Assembly (NCBI RefSeq): GCF_029504745.1
Contig: NZ_JAQFIQ010000011.1
Coordinates: 22,607-54,606, forward strand
Direction of reading: 5' to 3'
Length of the DNA stretch: 32,000 bases
Source: Breznakia sp. PF5-3
GTDB taxonomy: Bacteria > Bacillota_I > Bacilli_A > Erysipelotrichales > Erysipelotrichaceae
In this document: positions 17,683-26,800 of the stretch, in pieces
Layout: each line of letters opens with the position of its first letter
How positions within the stretch are numbered: position 1 is the stretch's first letter
Notes under the pieces: generated by a model
Seen by the model: the letters and a program-made list of their open reading frames with translations, nothing else
Told to the model about the DNA's origin: nothing
The model's database searches: none
Translations under genes and position numbers: made by a program

Positions 17683-17811
17683 AAAAAAAGGAACATTTGT
17701 TCCTTTGTAATTGAAATTGGTTGTCAGCACAACCGTCATTTAATGACATTTAAGTAAAAACTTTATTTTAACTTGATATGTAATTTTGAATAGTACCAAA
17801 ACTTGGTACAT
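17683..17811 (-). ncRNA. tracrRNA: tracrRNA of the type II-A system
   Basis: The minus-strand sequence GTACCAAGTTTTGGTACTATTCAAAATTACATATCAAGTTAAAATAAAGTTTTTACTTAAATGTCATTAAATGACGGTTGTGCTGACAACCAATTTCAATTACAAAGGAACAAATGTTCCTTTTTTT has its anti-repeat (17766-17802) complementary to the CRISPR repeat, with one A.G mismatch and a bulge. It carries the SpCas9-like AAGTTAAAATAA motif, three hairpins, and a terminal stem + U7 terminator (17683-17704). Confidence 0.85.
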
Positions 17812-17815
17812 GCAA

Positions 17816-17844
17816 ATATTAACATACACATGGTTATTTGTAAA
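17816..17844 (-). promoter_or_regulatory. tracrRNA promoter (TTTACA - 17 nt - TAATAT on the minus strand)
   Basis: Minus-strand -35 TTTACA (17839-17844) and -10 TAATAT (17816-17821) with a 17-nt spacer. The predicted TSS is about 17809-17811, divergent from cas9. Confidence 0.6.
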
Positions 17845-17889
17845 GTGTTATTTAAATAAATGATCGTAAAGGAAAAGGGAGGACTAAAA

Positions 17890-20800
17890 ATGTCGAAATA
17901 CGATAAAAATGAAAATGAAGCATATGTGATTGGTTTAGATATTGGAACTAACTCTGTTGGTTGGTCCATTGTAAATGAACGAAGTAAATTAATGAAGAAA
18001 AAGAAACATAATTTGATGGGGGTTACATTGTTTAGTGAAGGGGCGACGGCTGCTGAAAGAAGATCATACCGCTCCAATCGACGAAGAATGCAAAGAAGAA
18101 AACAACGAATTACGTGGCTTCAGCAATTGTTTGAAGATTTAATAATGGATAAGGATCCTAATTTTTTTCATTATTTAGATGCAAGTTATTACCACTTAGA
18201 TGATCAAGTATTGACGACTAAAAGAAGACGCGAGAATAAATATAATATTTTCAATGATGACGATTTTAATGATATTGATTATTATACAAAGTATAAAACA
18301 ATTTATAATCTTCGCAATGATTTAATGGAGTCAGATGAACAAAAAGATATACGTCTAATCTACTTAGCTATCCATCATATTATTAAATATAGAGGAAACT
18401 TTTTGTATGAAGGAAAATCTTTTGAAACAATTGAAAATTCAGCAGAGGAAATATTAGAAGCATTAGAATTAGCATATCAAGATAACAGTTCAGAAAGCTT
18501 AGCTTTTATTGATAAAAATAAAGTCATTTTAACACTCAAAGATAAAACTCTTTCGCGTAGTGTTAAGGTGAAAGAAGTATTAACACAAATCAATGGGTTA
18601 CCTCCAAAGGCAGCAAAAGAAATGGGGAATGCTATTGTAGGGTTAAAATGTAATTTTAGTAAGTTGCTTGAAGATGATTCAGTTGTAATAGATGGAAAAG
18701 AAGTTAAGGTAGTGTTAAATAGTGATGCTTATGTGGAAATTGAAGAACAATTGTTAGCACTTATTGGTGATGAAAAATTTGCAATCATTGAACAATTAAA
18801 GAGGCTAAACAGTTGGTTTGAATTACAATTTTTGTTAAAAGGAAAACCAAATATTAGTAAGGCAATGCTTGCAAAATATGCGCAGCATCAAAGCGATTTA
18901 AAAATATTAAAAGCAGTATATAAATTACTAGATAAAAAGGTATATAATAAAATGTTCTCTATTGAAACAGATCAAGCTGCAAGTTATACAATGTATATAA
19001 AAAATGGGAAAGGTAAGAAATGTGATTTAGAGGCACTAAAGAAACAAATCAAGAAAGACGTTAAAGAATTATCAAATAATCACATAGACGAACTTTCGTC
19101 AAGACTTGATTCTGAAGATTTCATGCCTTTAATAAATAGTAAGGAAAATGGAGCAATCCCATATCAATTGCACGAAAAAGAACTTATAGAAATACTTGAT
19201 AAACAAGGAAAATTCTATCCAGAGCTAAATGAGAGAAAAAATAAGATTTTGTCTTTAGTATCTTATCGTATACCATATTATGTAGGACCATTGATTTCTC
19301 ACCAAAAAGATAATTCTAATTATGCTTGGATTCAAAGAAGCTATGAAAAAATAACACCTTGGAATTTTGATGATGTTGTAGATAAAGATTCATCAGCAGA
19401 GAAATTTATCAAACGATTGACCAATTTTTGTACATATCTGCCATCAGAAAAAGTAATTCCAAAGCATTCTTTACTATATAGTGAGTACTGTGTTCGTTCT
19501 GAGCTTAATAAAGTAAGAGTAAATGATAAATTATTAGAAACAGATACCAAGAATAAAATTATTAATGATTTGTTTAAGGTAAAGAAAAATGTAACAAGTA
19601 AAAATCTACATGATTGGTTGATAAAAGAGAATTATCCTACTATAAATGGAGAATATAGCATCAAAGGCTATCAAGGAGAAAAAGGATTTGAATCATCTTT
19701 GAAATCATATATAGATTTTAATAAAATTTTTGGAAATATTAATCAACATAATTATCAAGAAATTGAAGAAATAATTTCTTGGATTACAATTTTTGAAGAT
19801 AAAAAGATATTAGCTCGAAAACTTGAAATGAATTATAAGAAATATATGGATAAATTTGAAGAAATAAAGAAATTAAAATACCAAGGGTGGTCAAGACTAT
19901 CTAAAACTTTTTTAGAGGATTTAAAAACTGATGTGAATGGTGAGGATAAATCAATTATTGAAATACTACGAACTACCAATTTGAATATAATGCAAATAAT
20001 TAATTCGCCAAAATATAAATTTAATGAGATTATTGCTAATTTTAATAAAAATCAAAATAGTGAATTAAGCTTGAATGAAAAAATTGAAAACTTAGCAGGG
20101 TCACCAGCAATAAAGAAAGGGATAAGAGTTGCTTGTAATGTAGTAGATGAATTGCGAAAGGTAATGGGATATAATCCAAAAGCAATTTATTTGGAGTTTG
20201 CAAGAAGTGATGAAGCTTCTAAGAGAAGTGATAGTCGATTAAAACAGATAGAAAAACAGTATAAAGAAATTTCTTTAAAGGATTCATTATATGGTGAAGC
20301 AAAACAAAATCTAAATAATGAAGAGAGAAGTTCCATGCAAGATTTACGAAGGTATTTGTATTATATACAAGGGGGAAGATGTTTATATTCAATGAAACGA
20401 TTAGACATTGAAAATTTATCACTGTATCAAATTGATCATATTCGTCCTCAATCTTTAATTAAAGATGATAGTATAGAGAATTTAGCCCTTGTTTATTCAG
20501 AATATAATCAAGATAAGGGGGATTATAATACAGCTTTAGATGTTGTTCCTCAAAATAAGATTTCTGAAATTCGACAATATTGGGATTATTTATTTCAAAA
20601 GAAGCTAATAGGCCCTAAAAAATATAAATCACTAACTACGGCTAATTTTACAGAATATGAAGTCAAAGGTTTTATTAATCGTCAATTAGTAGAAACAAGG
20701 CAGATTGTAAAGCATGTAGCTAACATCTTAAAAGATACTTATAAAGAAACTAATATTGTAGCGATTAAAGCACAATTAAATAGTGATTTTAGAGATTTAT

Positions 20801-21894
20801 ACAATCTTCCTAAAGTACGAGAAGTAAATGACTATCATCATGCGCATGACGCATATATTAGTTGTGTAGTAGGAAATTACATATTAGAAAGATATCCTAA
20901 AATAGAAGCTGAGTTTGCTTACAATGATTATTTGAAAGCTAAAAGAAAATCTGGGAAAGTAAGCAAAGACAAATATGGGTTTATTATTAATTCGATGAAA
21001 AATGGATATGTTTCCCCAGAAACGGGAGAAATCATTTGGGATCAGAGCAATATTGAAGAAGTAAAAAGAACGTTGGAATATCGCGATTGTTATTTTAATC
21101 ATCTAACAGAGCAAGGTAGCGGTGTATTCTATAAGCAGAATGCAGAGAGACATGACACAATAAACAGTAAAGTACCAATCAAAAAGGGACTAGACCCAAA
21201 TAAATATGGCGGATATAGTGGTGTAGAGAGCGCTTATAGTGCGTTAGTTTCATATACGGATAAGAATAAAGAGAAAATGATTGTAGCGCGAATAACAGTA
21301 GAGGATTCAAAATTAATTGAAAATTCTCAATTGGAGTTGTTAGAAGCAATAAAGAAGGATGATAGATTAAAAAGCGGAGAAAATATAAAAATTTTACGTA
21401 CAATGATGAAGTACCAACAACTAATAGTTAATAATATGAATGTATATATGAGTAGCCCTAATGAATGGATAAATGCAAAACAATTAAAGTTAAGTTGGAA
21501 GCAAATGCAAAATTTGGATTTGCTATTTAATATTAAAAAAATAACAGTTAAGAAAAAAGTAGAAGAAGAAGGAATAGACTTAGATGATATTGCTAGAGAA
21601 AGCTACTGTGGACTAATAGAAAAAATGAAATCAGAGTATTCACTATATTTAAATATAGTGAAAAATTTGGAAGAACGTATAGATACCTTCTATGAGCTTA
21701 CCTTGGGAGATAAAGTTGAAATTTTAAAACAAATTTTAATAATCATGAAAAGAGGTCCAGAAAATGGAAACTTAAAAATGATTGGATTGAGTGAACGAAT
21801 TGGTAGAATGGGAAAAAAGTATACCATTCCTAAAAATACGTTAATCATTGATTCTTCCATCACAGGGATTTTCACTAAAAAATATAAAGTATGA
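17890..21894 (+). CDS. cas9: Cas9, type II-A (1334 aa)
   Basis: RuvC-I VIGLDIGTNSVGWSIV (D17); Arg-rich bridge helix RRSYRSNRRRMQRRKQR; RuvC-II IYLEFAR; HNH QIDHIRPQS...YNQDKGD (H850); RuvC-III NDYHHAHDAY. ATG 17890 follows GGGAGG (the ORF-track start at 17860 is upstream of the SD). Confidence 0.98.
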   Translation: MSKYDKNENEAYVIGLDIGTNSVGWSIVNERSKLMKKKKHNLMGVTLFSEGATAAERRSYRSNRRRMQRRKQRITWLQQLFEDLIMDKDPNFFHYLDASYYHLDDQVLTTKRRRENKYNIFNDDDFNDIDYYTKYKTIYNLRNDLMESDEQKDIRLIYLAIHHIIKYRGNFLYEGKSFETIENSAEEILEALELAYQDNSSESLAFIDKNKVILTLKDKTLSRSVKVKEVLTQINGLPPKAAKEMGNAIVGLKCNFSKLLEDDSVVIDGKEVKVVLNSDAYVEIEEQLLALIGDEKFAIIEQLKRLNSWFELQFLLKGKPNISKAMLAKYAQHQSDLKILKAVYKLLDKKVYNKMFSIETDQAASYTMYIKNGKGKKCDLEALKKQIKKDVKELSNNHIDELSSRLDSEDFMPLINSKENGAIPYQLHEKELIEILDKQGKFYPELNERKNKILSLVSYRIPYYVGPLISHQKDNSNYAWIQRSYEKITPWNFDDVVDKDSSAEKFIKRLTNFCTYLPSEKVIPKHSLLYSEYCVRSELNKVRVNDKLLETDTKNKIINDLFKVKKNVTSKNLHDWLIKENYPTINGEYSIKGYQGEKGFESSLKSYIDFNKIFGNINQHNYQEIEEIISWITIFEDKKILARKLEMNYKKYMDKFEEIKKLKYQGWSRLSKTFLEDLKTDVNGEDKSIIEILRTTNLNIMQIINSPKYKFNEIIANFNKNQNSELSLNEKIENLAGSPAIKKGIRVACNVVDELRKVMGYNPKAIYLEFARSDEASKRSDSRLKQIEKQYKEISLKDSLYGEAKQNLNNEERSSMQDLRRYLYYIQGGRCLYSMKRLDIENLSLYQIDHIRPQSLIKDDSIENLALVYSEYNQDKGDYNTALDVVPQNKISEIRQYWDYLFQKKLIGPKKYKSLTTANFTEYEVKGFINRQLVETRQIVKHVANILKDTYKETNIVAIKAQLNSDFRDLYNLPKVREVNDYHHAHDAYISCVVGNYILERYPKIEAEFAYNDYLKAKRKSGKVSKDKYGFIINSMKNGYVSPETGEIIWDQSNIEEVKRTLEYRDCYFNHLTEQGSGVFYKQNAERHDTINSKVPIKKGLDPNKYGGYSGVESAYSALVSYTDKNKEKMIVARITVEDSKLIENSQLELLEAIKKDDRLKSGENIKILRTMMKYQQLIVNNMNVYMSSPNEWINAKQLKLSWKQMQNLDLLFNIKKITVKKKVEEEGIDLDDIARESYCGLIEKMKSEYSLYLNIVKNLEERIDTFYELTLGDKVEILKQILIIMKRGPENGNLKMIGLSERIGRMGKKYTIPKNTLIIDSSITGIFTKKYKV

Positions 21895-22757
21895 GTTGGC
21901 GGAAAGTTGTTGTAACAAATAAGTGTAAGCTATCGTATAAAGAAGGATATATGATAATTCGAAATGAAGAAACTAATATGATACATATCTCTGAGATACA
22001 TACATTAGTTATTGATACAACGGCTACAAGTATAACTACGCATTTATTAAGTGAATTAGTAAAATCAAAAGTGAAAATTATTTTTTGTGATGAAAAAAGA
22101 TTACCGTATTCTGAAATAGTTCCCTACTATGGAAGTCATAATTCAAGTAAGAAAATTAGGCAACAGATACATTGGGAAGATGAGAATAAGATATTGGTGT
22201 GGACAGAAATTATAAGACAGAAAATCAAAAATCAATCAATATTGTTGAGAAAGCATAAATATGATAATCAAAAATTGAATACTTATATTGATGAACTGCA
22301 ATTTGCGGATGTTACAAATCGAGAAGGACATGCATCAAAAGTATATTTCAATAAATTATTTGGGCATGGATTTACAAGAGATGATGATAGTGGAGTAAAT
22401 GCAGCATTAAATTATGGCTATAGTATATTGTTATCAAGTTTTTCCAAAGAAATAGTATCATTAGGATATTTAACTCAATTGGGTTTTATGCATAGAAATG
22501 AATATAATCATTTTAATTTGGCAAGTGATTTAATGGAGCCATTTCGTGTTTTAGTTGATGAACTGGTATATAAAAATAAAAAAGAAGAATTTAATTTAGA
22601 ATATAAAGTTAAATTAATATCTATTTTAGATAAAAAAATGGAATATAAAGGTTCTCAACAATATATATCTAATATTATTCCACAATATCTGGGCAGTATC
22701 TTCAAAGCGGTAGAATCAAGTGATATTAACGAGTTGCATATGTTTGAATATTTATGA
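21891..22757 (+). CDS. cas1: Cas1 integrase
   Basis: 288 aa. N-terminus MSWRKVVVTNKCKLSYKEGYMII is typical of type II-A Cas1. The ATGA overlaps the cas9 stop. Confidence 0.97.
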   Translation: MSWRKVVVTNKCKLSYKEGYMIIRNEETNMIHISEIHTLVIDTTATSITTHLLSELVKSKVKIIFCDEKRLPYSEIVPYYGSHNSSKKIRQQIHWEDENKILVWTEIIRQKIKNQSILLRKHKYDNQKLNTYIDELQFADVTNREGHASKVYFNKLFGHGFTRDDDSGVNAALNYGYSILLSSFSKEIVSLGYLTQLGFMHRNEYNHFNLASDLMEPFRVLVDELVYKNKKEEFNLEYKVKLISILDKKMEYKGSQQYISNIIPQYLGSIFKAVESSDINELHMFEYL

Positions 22758-23074
22758 GTCACAGACAAATGAGAGTCGTTTTGTTTTTTGATTTGCCGAT
22801 GGTTACAAATGAAGATAAAAAAAGATATAGAAAATTTCGTAAATTTTTGATTAAAGAAGGATTTATTATGGTACAAGAATCAGTATATTCGAAATTGGTA
22901 TTGAATTCAGGTAGTGCTAGATTTATTTATAAAAAAGTAGACCAAAATAAACCGACATATGGACTTATACAGTTATTAACAATTACAGAAAAACAATATA
23001 ATAACATTGAATTTGTATTGGGAAAATCAAGTTCTAATATTCTTGATGATATTGAAAGGGTGATAATAATATGA
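22754..23074 (+). CDS. cas2: Cas2
   Basis: 106 aa. MSHRQMRVVLFFDLP...YRKFRKFLIKEGFIMVQESVYSKL matches the type II Cas2 pattern. The ATGA overlaps the cas1 stop. Confidence 0.95.
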   Translation: MSHRQMRVVLFFDLPMVTNEDKKRYRKFRKFLIKEGFIMVQESVYSKLVLNSGSARFIYKKVDQNKPTYGLIQLLTITEKQYNNIEFVLGKSSSNILDDIERVIII

Positions 23075-23778
23075 AACTTAAAAGTACACATTTTGAGAGC
23101 TGCTTAGAGTTCAATGATAATATTGTTTCCTTAATTGTTGAAGATGTAGCAAAGTTTTCCAATATAATTGAGAGATTTTATATGCATACAAGAAAACTTT
23201 CTGAAAAAAGAGAGTTTGTACTTTTGGATTACGAGGAAAATATATTGGATCCTGGGGATGTATGTTGTATCTTTGATGTGTTGAATTTTGATTTTAATCA
23301 GAGAAAACTAGTAAATAAGCTTTATTTGAAAATATATGAAGATTACTTTTTTGATGTAGATAATGAAGAAAGGTTTGATAAAAAAATCAATGATTTACAA
23401 AATATAGTATTACATGCAATTTCAGAATTTGATATGGATTTAGAAATCACAAATGAAATAGATTTTACTTCAGTTTTGAAAATGTTTAATTTGCGTATAG
23501 AACAACAAGACTTTAGTATTTATAATAATTTGATGCGAATTTTAGAATTGATTGTAGAGCTAGAATTATATGCATTAGTTATATTTCCAAATATTAAAAA
23601 TGTATTAACAAAGCAACAATATGAAGAAATAATAAAATTTATAGTTTATCATAAAATAGGAGTTTTATTTATTGATAGATCTACCAAAACTTTAGAAGCT
23701 TATAAAAGTGTTGTTTGTGAGAATGAAAGAATATATTATATTGATGATGATTATGAAGAATATGTTATAATAAATTAA
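23071..23778 (+). CDS. csn2: Csn2 (type II-A signature adaptation protein)
   Basis: 235 aa. It is the fourth gene of the operon, its ATGA overlaps the cas2 stop, and it lies directly before the leader/array. The call rests on synteny and size, not on a recognised motif. Confidence 0.8.
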   Translation: MKLKSTHFESCLEFNDNIVSLIVEDVAKFSNIIERFYMHTRKLSEKREFVLLDYEENILDPGDVCCIFDVLNFDFNQRKLVNKLYLKIYEDYFFDVDNEERFDKKINDLQNIVLHAISEFDMDLEITNEIDFTSVLKMFNLRIEQQDFSIYNNLMRILELIVELELYALVIFPNIKNVLTKQQYEEIIKFIVYHKIGVLFIDRSTKTLEAYKSVVCENERIYYIDDDYEEYVIIN

Positions 23779-23830
23779 ACTATTCACTGGAGTGATGCCC
23801 AGAAAACATATCACTAAAAATCTATTTGAG
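23779..23830 (+). promoter_or_regulatory. CRISPR leader with a leader-anchoring sequence ATTTGAG abutting repeat 1
   Basis: 52 bp lie between the csn2 stop and the first repeat. ATTTGAG at 23824-23830 sits immediately 5' of GTTTTAG. Confidence 0.7.
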
Positions 23831-26800
23831 GTTTTAGTGATATGTAATTTTGAATAGTAACAAAACTCATTTACCATAATTGATACACCATCTGGTGTTT
23901 TAGTGATATGTAATTTTGAATAGTAACAAAACAGTACACGATCTCGTAGTAGAGGTCTAGAAGTTTTAGTGATATGTAATTTTGAATAGTAACAAAACAT
24001 TAATAAGTTTATACCACTTACCTAGTGTGTTTTAGTGATATGTAATTTTGAATAGTAACAAAACTCTCCACCTCATAGTCGATTGTGTAAGTATGTTTTA
24101 GTGATATGTAATTTTGAATAGTAACAAAACTCTAACCTGGATTGAGAGTCACTTTTGTTAGTTTTAGTGATATGTAATTTTGAATAGTAACAAAACAGAG
24201 AGGAATAAAAAAATGAGTTTTAAAATGTTTTAGTGATATGTAATTTTGAATAGTAACAAAACTGGATAATCGTATATTGGGAAATCGAATATGTTTTAGT
24301 GATATGTAATTTTGAATAGTAACAAAACTGGCACTATCAAAGCTATTCACTATTGCCTGTTTTAGTGATATGTAATTTTGAATAGTAACAAAACTAAGTT
24401 AGTGGAAGATAGCGAAATAGTGTTGTTTTAGTGATATGTAATTTTGAATAGTAACAAAACCGGTTGGTTACAAATCATGGAAGGTGCTGAGTTTTAGTGA
24501 TATGTAATTTTGAATAGTAACAAAACGACTGTGGAAGTATTTCGCGCGTGCGTGAAAGTTTTAGTGATATGTAATTTTGAATAGTAACAAAACTTTAATC
24601 ATGATGAAATTTTAGAGTTCATGTTTTAGTGATATGTAATTTTGAATAGTAACAAAACAAACAGGAACCTATACAAATATAGATTTGTGTTTTAGTGATA
24701 TGTAATTTTGAATAGTAACAAAACATTTGCAACAGCAAAAGCATCTATTGCAACGTTTTAGTGATATGTAATTTTGAATAGTAACAAAACTACGATTTTG
24801 ATATAGAAACATTTAATACAGTTTTAGTGATATGTAATTTTGAATAGTAACAAAACTTATTCCGACAGAAATGGACGACGATATAGTTTTAGTGATATGT
24901 AATTTTGAATAGTAACAAAACATCCTTCTTTGTTGCTACTGCATAAACCTCGTTTTAGTGATATGTAATTTTGAATAGTAACAAAACACCACATATTAAC
25001 ATCTGCTCATGTTGATTGTTTTAGTGATATGTAATTTTGAATAGTAACAAAACAGTTATAAAAGAGCAAATGTATAACTTGCTGTTTTAGTGATATGTAA
25101 TTTTGAATAGTAACAAAACTTTTTTCTGTGATACCCTTGCACTTCCGCTGTTTTAGTGATATGTAATTTTGAATAGTAACAAAACAACATCAAACACCAT
25201 ATAATATGTGTAAGTGTTTTAGTGATATGTAATTTTGAATAGTAACAAAACATGTGCATAGTAACTAATAATTTCATGCGAGTTTTAGTGATATGTAATT
25301 TTGAATAGTAACAAAACTTTAATCATGATGAAATTTTAGAGTTCATGTTTTAGTGATATGTAATTTTGAATAGTAACAAAACTCTATCAAAATTGTATCT
25401 CAATGGTATCTAGTTTTAGTGATATGTAATTTTGAATAGTAACAAAACTTATTCCGACAGAAATGGACGACGATATAGTTTTAGTGATATGTAATTTTGA
25501 ATAGTAACAAAACAACGTCAACATCTAATCTCGCGTCTAGTTCGTTTTAGTGATATGTAATTTTGAATAGTAACAAAACCGTTTTGTCTTCACTTAGAAC
25601 AATGTGGGTGTTTTAGTGATATGTAATTTTGAATAGTAACAAAACACAAACGAAGATGTTCTTAATGGCTTACGGTTTTAGTGATATGTAATTTTGAATA
25701 GTAACAAAACAAAAGATGGCGAAGATAAAGCTACCCCAAGGTTTTAGTGATATGTAATTTTGAATAGTAACAAAACATTCTACATCAATGATACAACTGT
25801 GATTAAGTTTTAGTGATATGTAATTTTGAATAGTAACAAAACGTGGTTTTCATTTTTTACCTCTTTCTTTAAGTTTTAGTGATATGTAATTTTGAATAGT
25901 AACAAAACAAGAGCAAGAGTATTTATGGCTTCGTTTTAGTTTTAGTGATATGTAATTTTGAATAGTAACAAAACTGATTAAATGTCATGACACCAATATT
26001 CCCGGTTTTAGTGATATGTAATTTTGAATAGTAACAAAACTAAGTTAATAGAAGACGCCGAGCTCGTCGTGTTTTAGTGATATGTAATTTTGAATAGTAA
26101 CAAAACTCTAAATCGAATTTTATAATTGTATCAACTGTTTTAGTGATATGTAATTTTGAATAGTAACAAAACGCAAAAGCTTGAGGGATTGCCGTTAATA
26201 GCGTTTTAGTGATATGTAATTTTGAATAGTAACAAAACGCTATAATAGAAACAGTTAAATAAGGAGCTGTTTTAGTGATATGTAATTTTGAATAGTAACA
26301 AAACGTCGGTATCTTCCTTATTTAGTTTTGACCTGTTTTAGTGATATGTAATTTTGAATAGTAACAAAACGAAAGCATTAGGGCAATTATTTGCTTTAGT
26401 GTTTTAGTGATATGTAATTTTGAATAGTAACAAAACATCGGAAAACACACTTGACCCGTGCCGATTGTTTTAGTGATATGTAATTTTGAATAGTAACAAA
26501 ACCAAAAGCTTGAGGGATTGCCATTAATAGCAGTTTTAGTGATATGTAATTTTGAATAGTAACAAAACGATAAATTAAGAGACGACCAAGCACAAATAGT
26601 TTTAGTGATATGTAATTTTGAATAGTAACAAAACAAAATCAATTAACAATGCTTTCGCAACAAGGTTTTAGTGATATGTAATTTTGAATAGTAACAAAAC
26701 TCTTTACCAGTGTTACTAGCTGCTGACTGAGTTTTAGTGATATGTAATTTTGAATAGTAACAAAACTGAACAAGAAGAAAAAGAAGTTGGAATCTTGTTT

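Noticed and set aside
17822-17889. An attempt to assign the cas9 promoter in the tracrRNA-cas9 intergenic region. The candidates were TTGTAA at 17838-17843 and TGcAAATAT at 17811-17819.
   Set aside because: No candidate combines an acceptable -10 with proper spacing. The promoter position is left unassigned rather than guessed.
17763-18077. Minus-strand 104-aa ORF spanning the tracrRNA anti-repeat, the intergenic region and the cas9 5' end.
   Set aside because: It overlaps the well-supported cas9 start and the tracrRNA locus. It has no SD and a low-complexity composition, so it is an antisense artefact.
587-21875. Other short antisense or overlapping ORFs from the track: 587-892, 1715-1933, 3895-4167, 5249-5491, 6246-6473, 7818-8021, 8442-8633, 9501-9773, 15235-15471, 15746-16039, 19341-19550, 20219-20422, 20884-21102, 21179-21403, 21690-21875. 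The later ones at 22655-22876, 27434-27616, 28430-28624, 28621-28911 and 29390-29572 belong to the same class.
   Set aside because: Each is nested within or antisense to a longer ORF that has clear family motifs. None has an SD or a recognisable motif.
24461-24490. A possible self-targeting spacer: spacer 10 shares TGGTTACAAAT with cas2 (22800-22810).
   Set aside because: Only 11 contiguous nt match and the flanks diverge. A by-eye scan found no spacer with an extended match inside this window. A full self-target search needs the whole genome.
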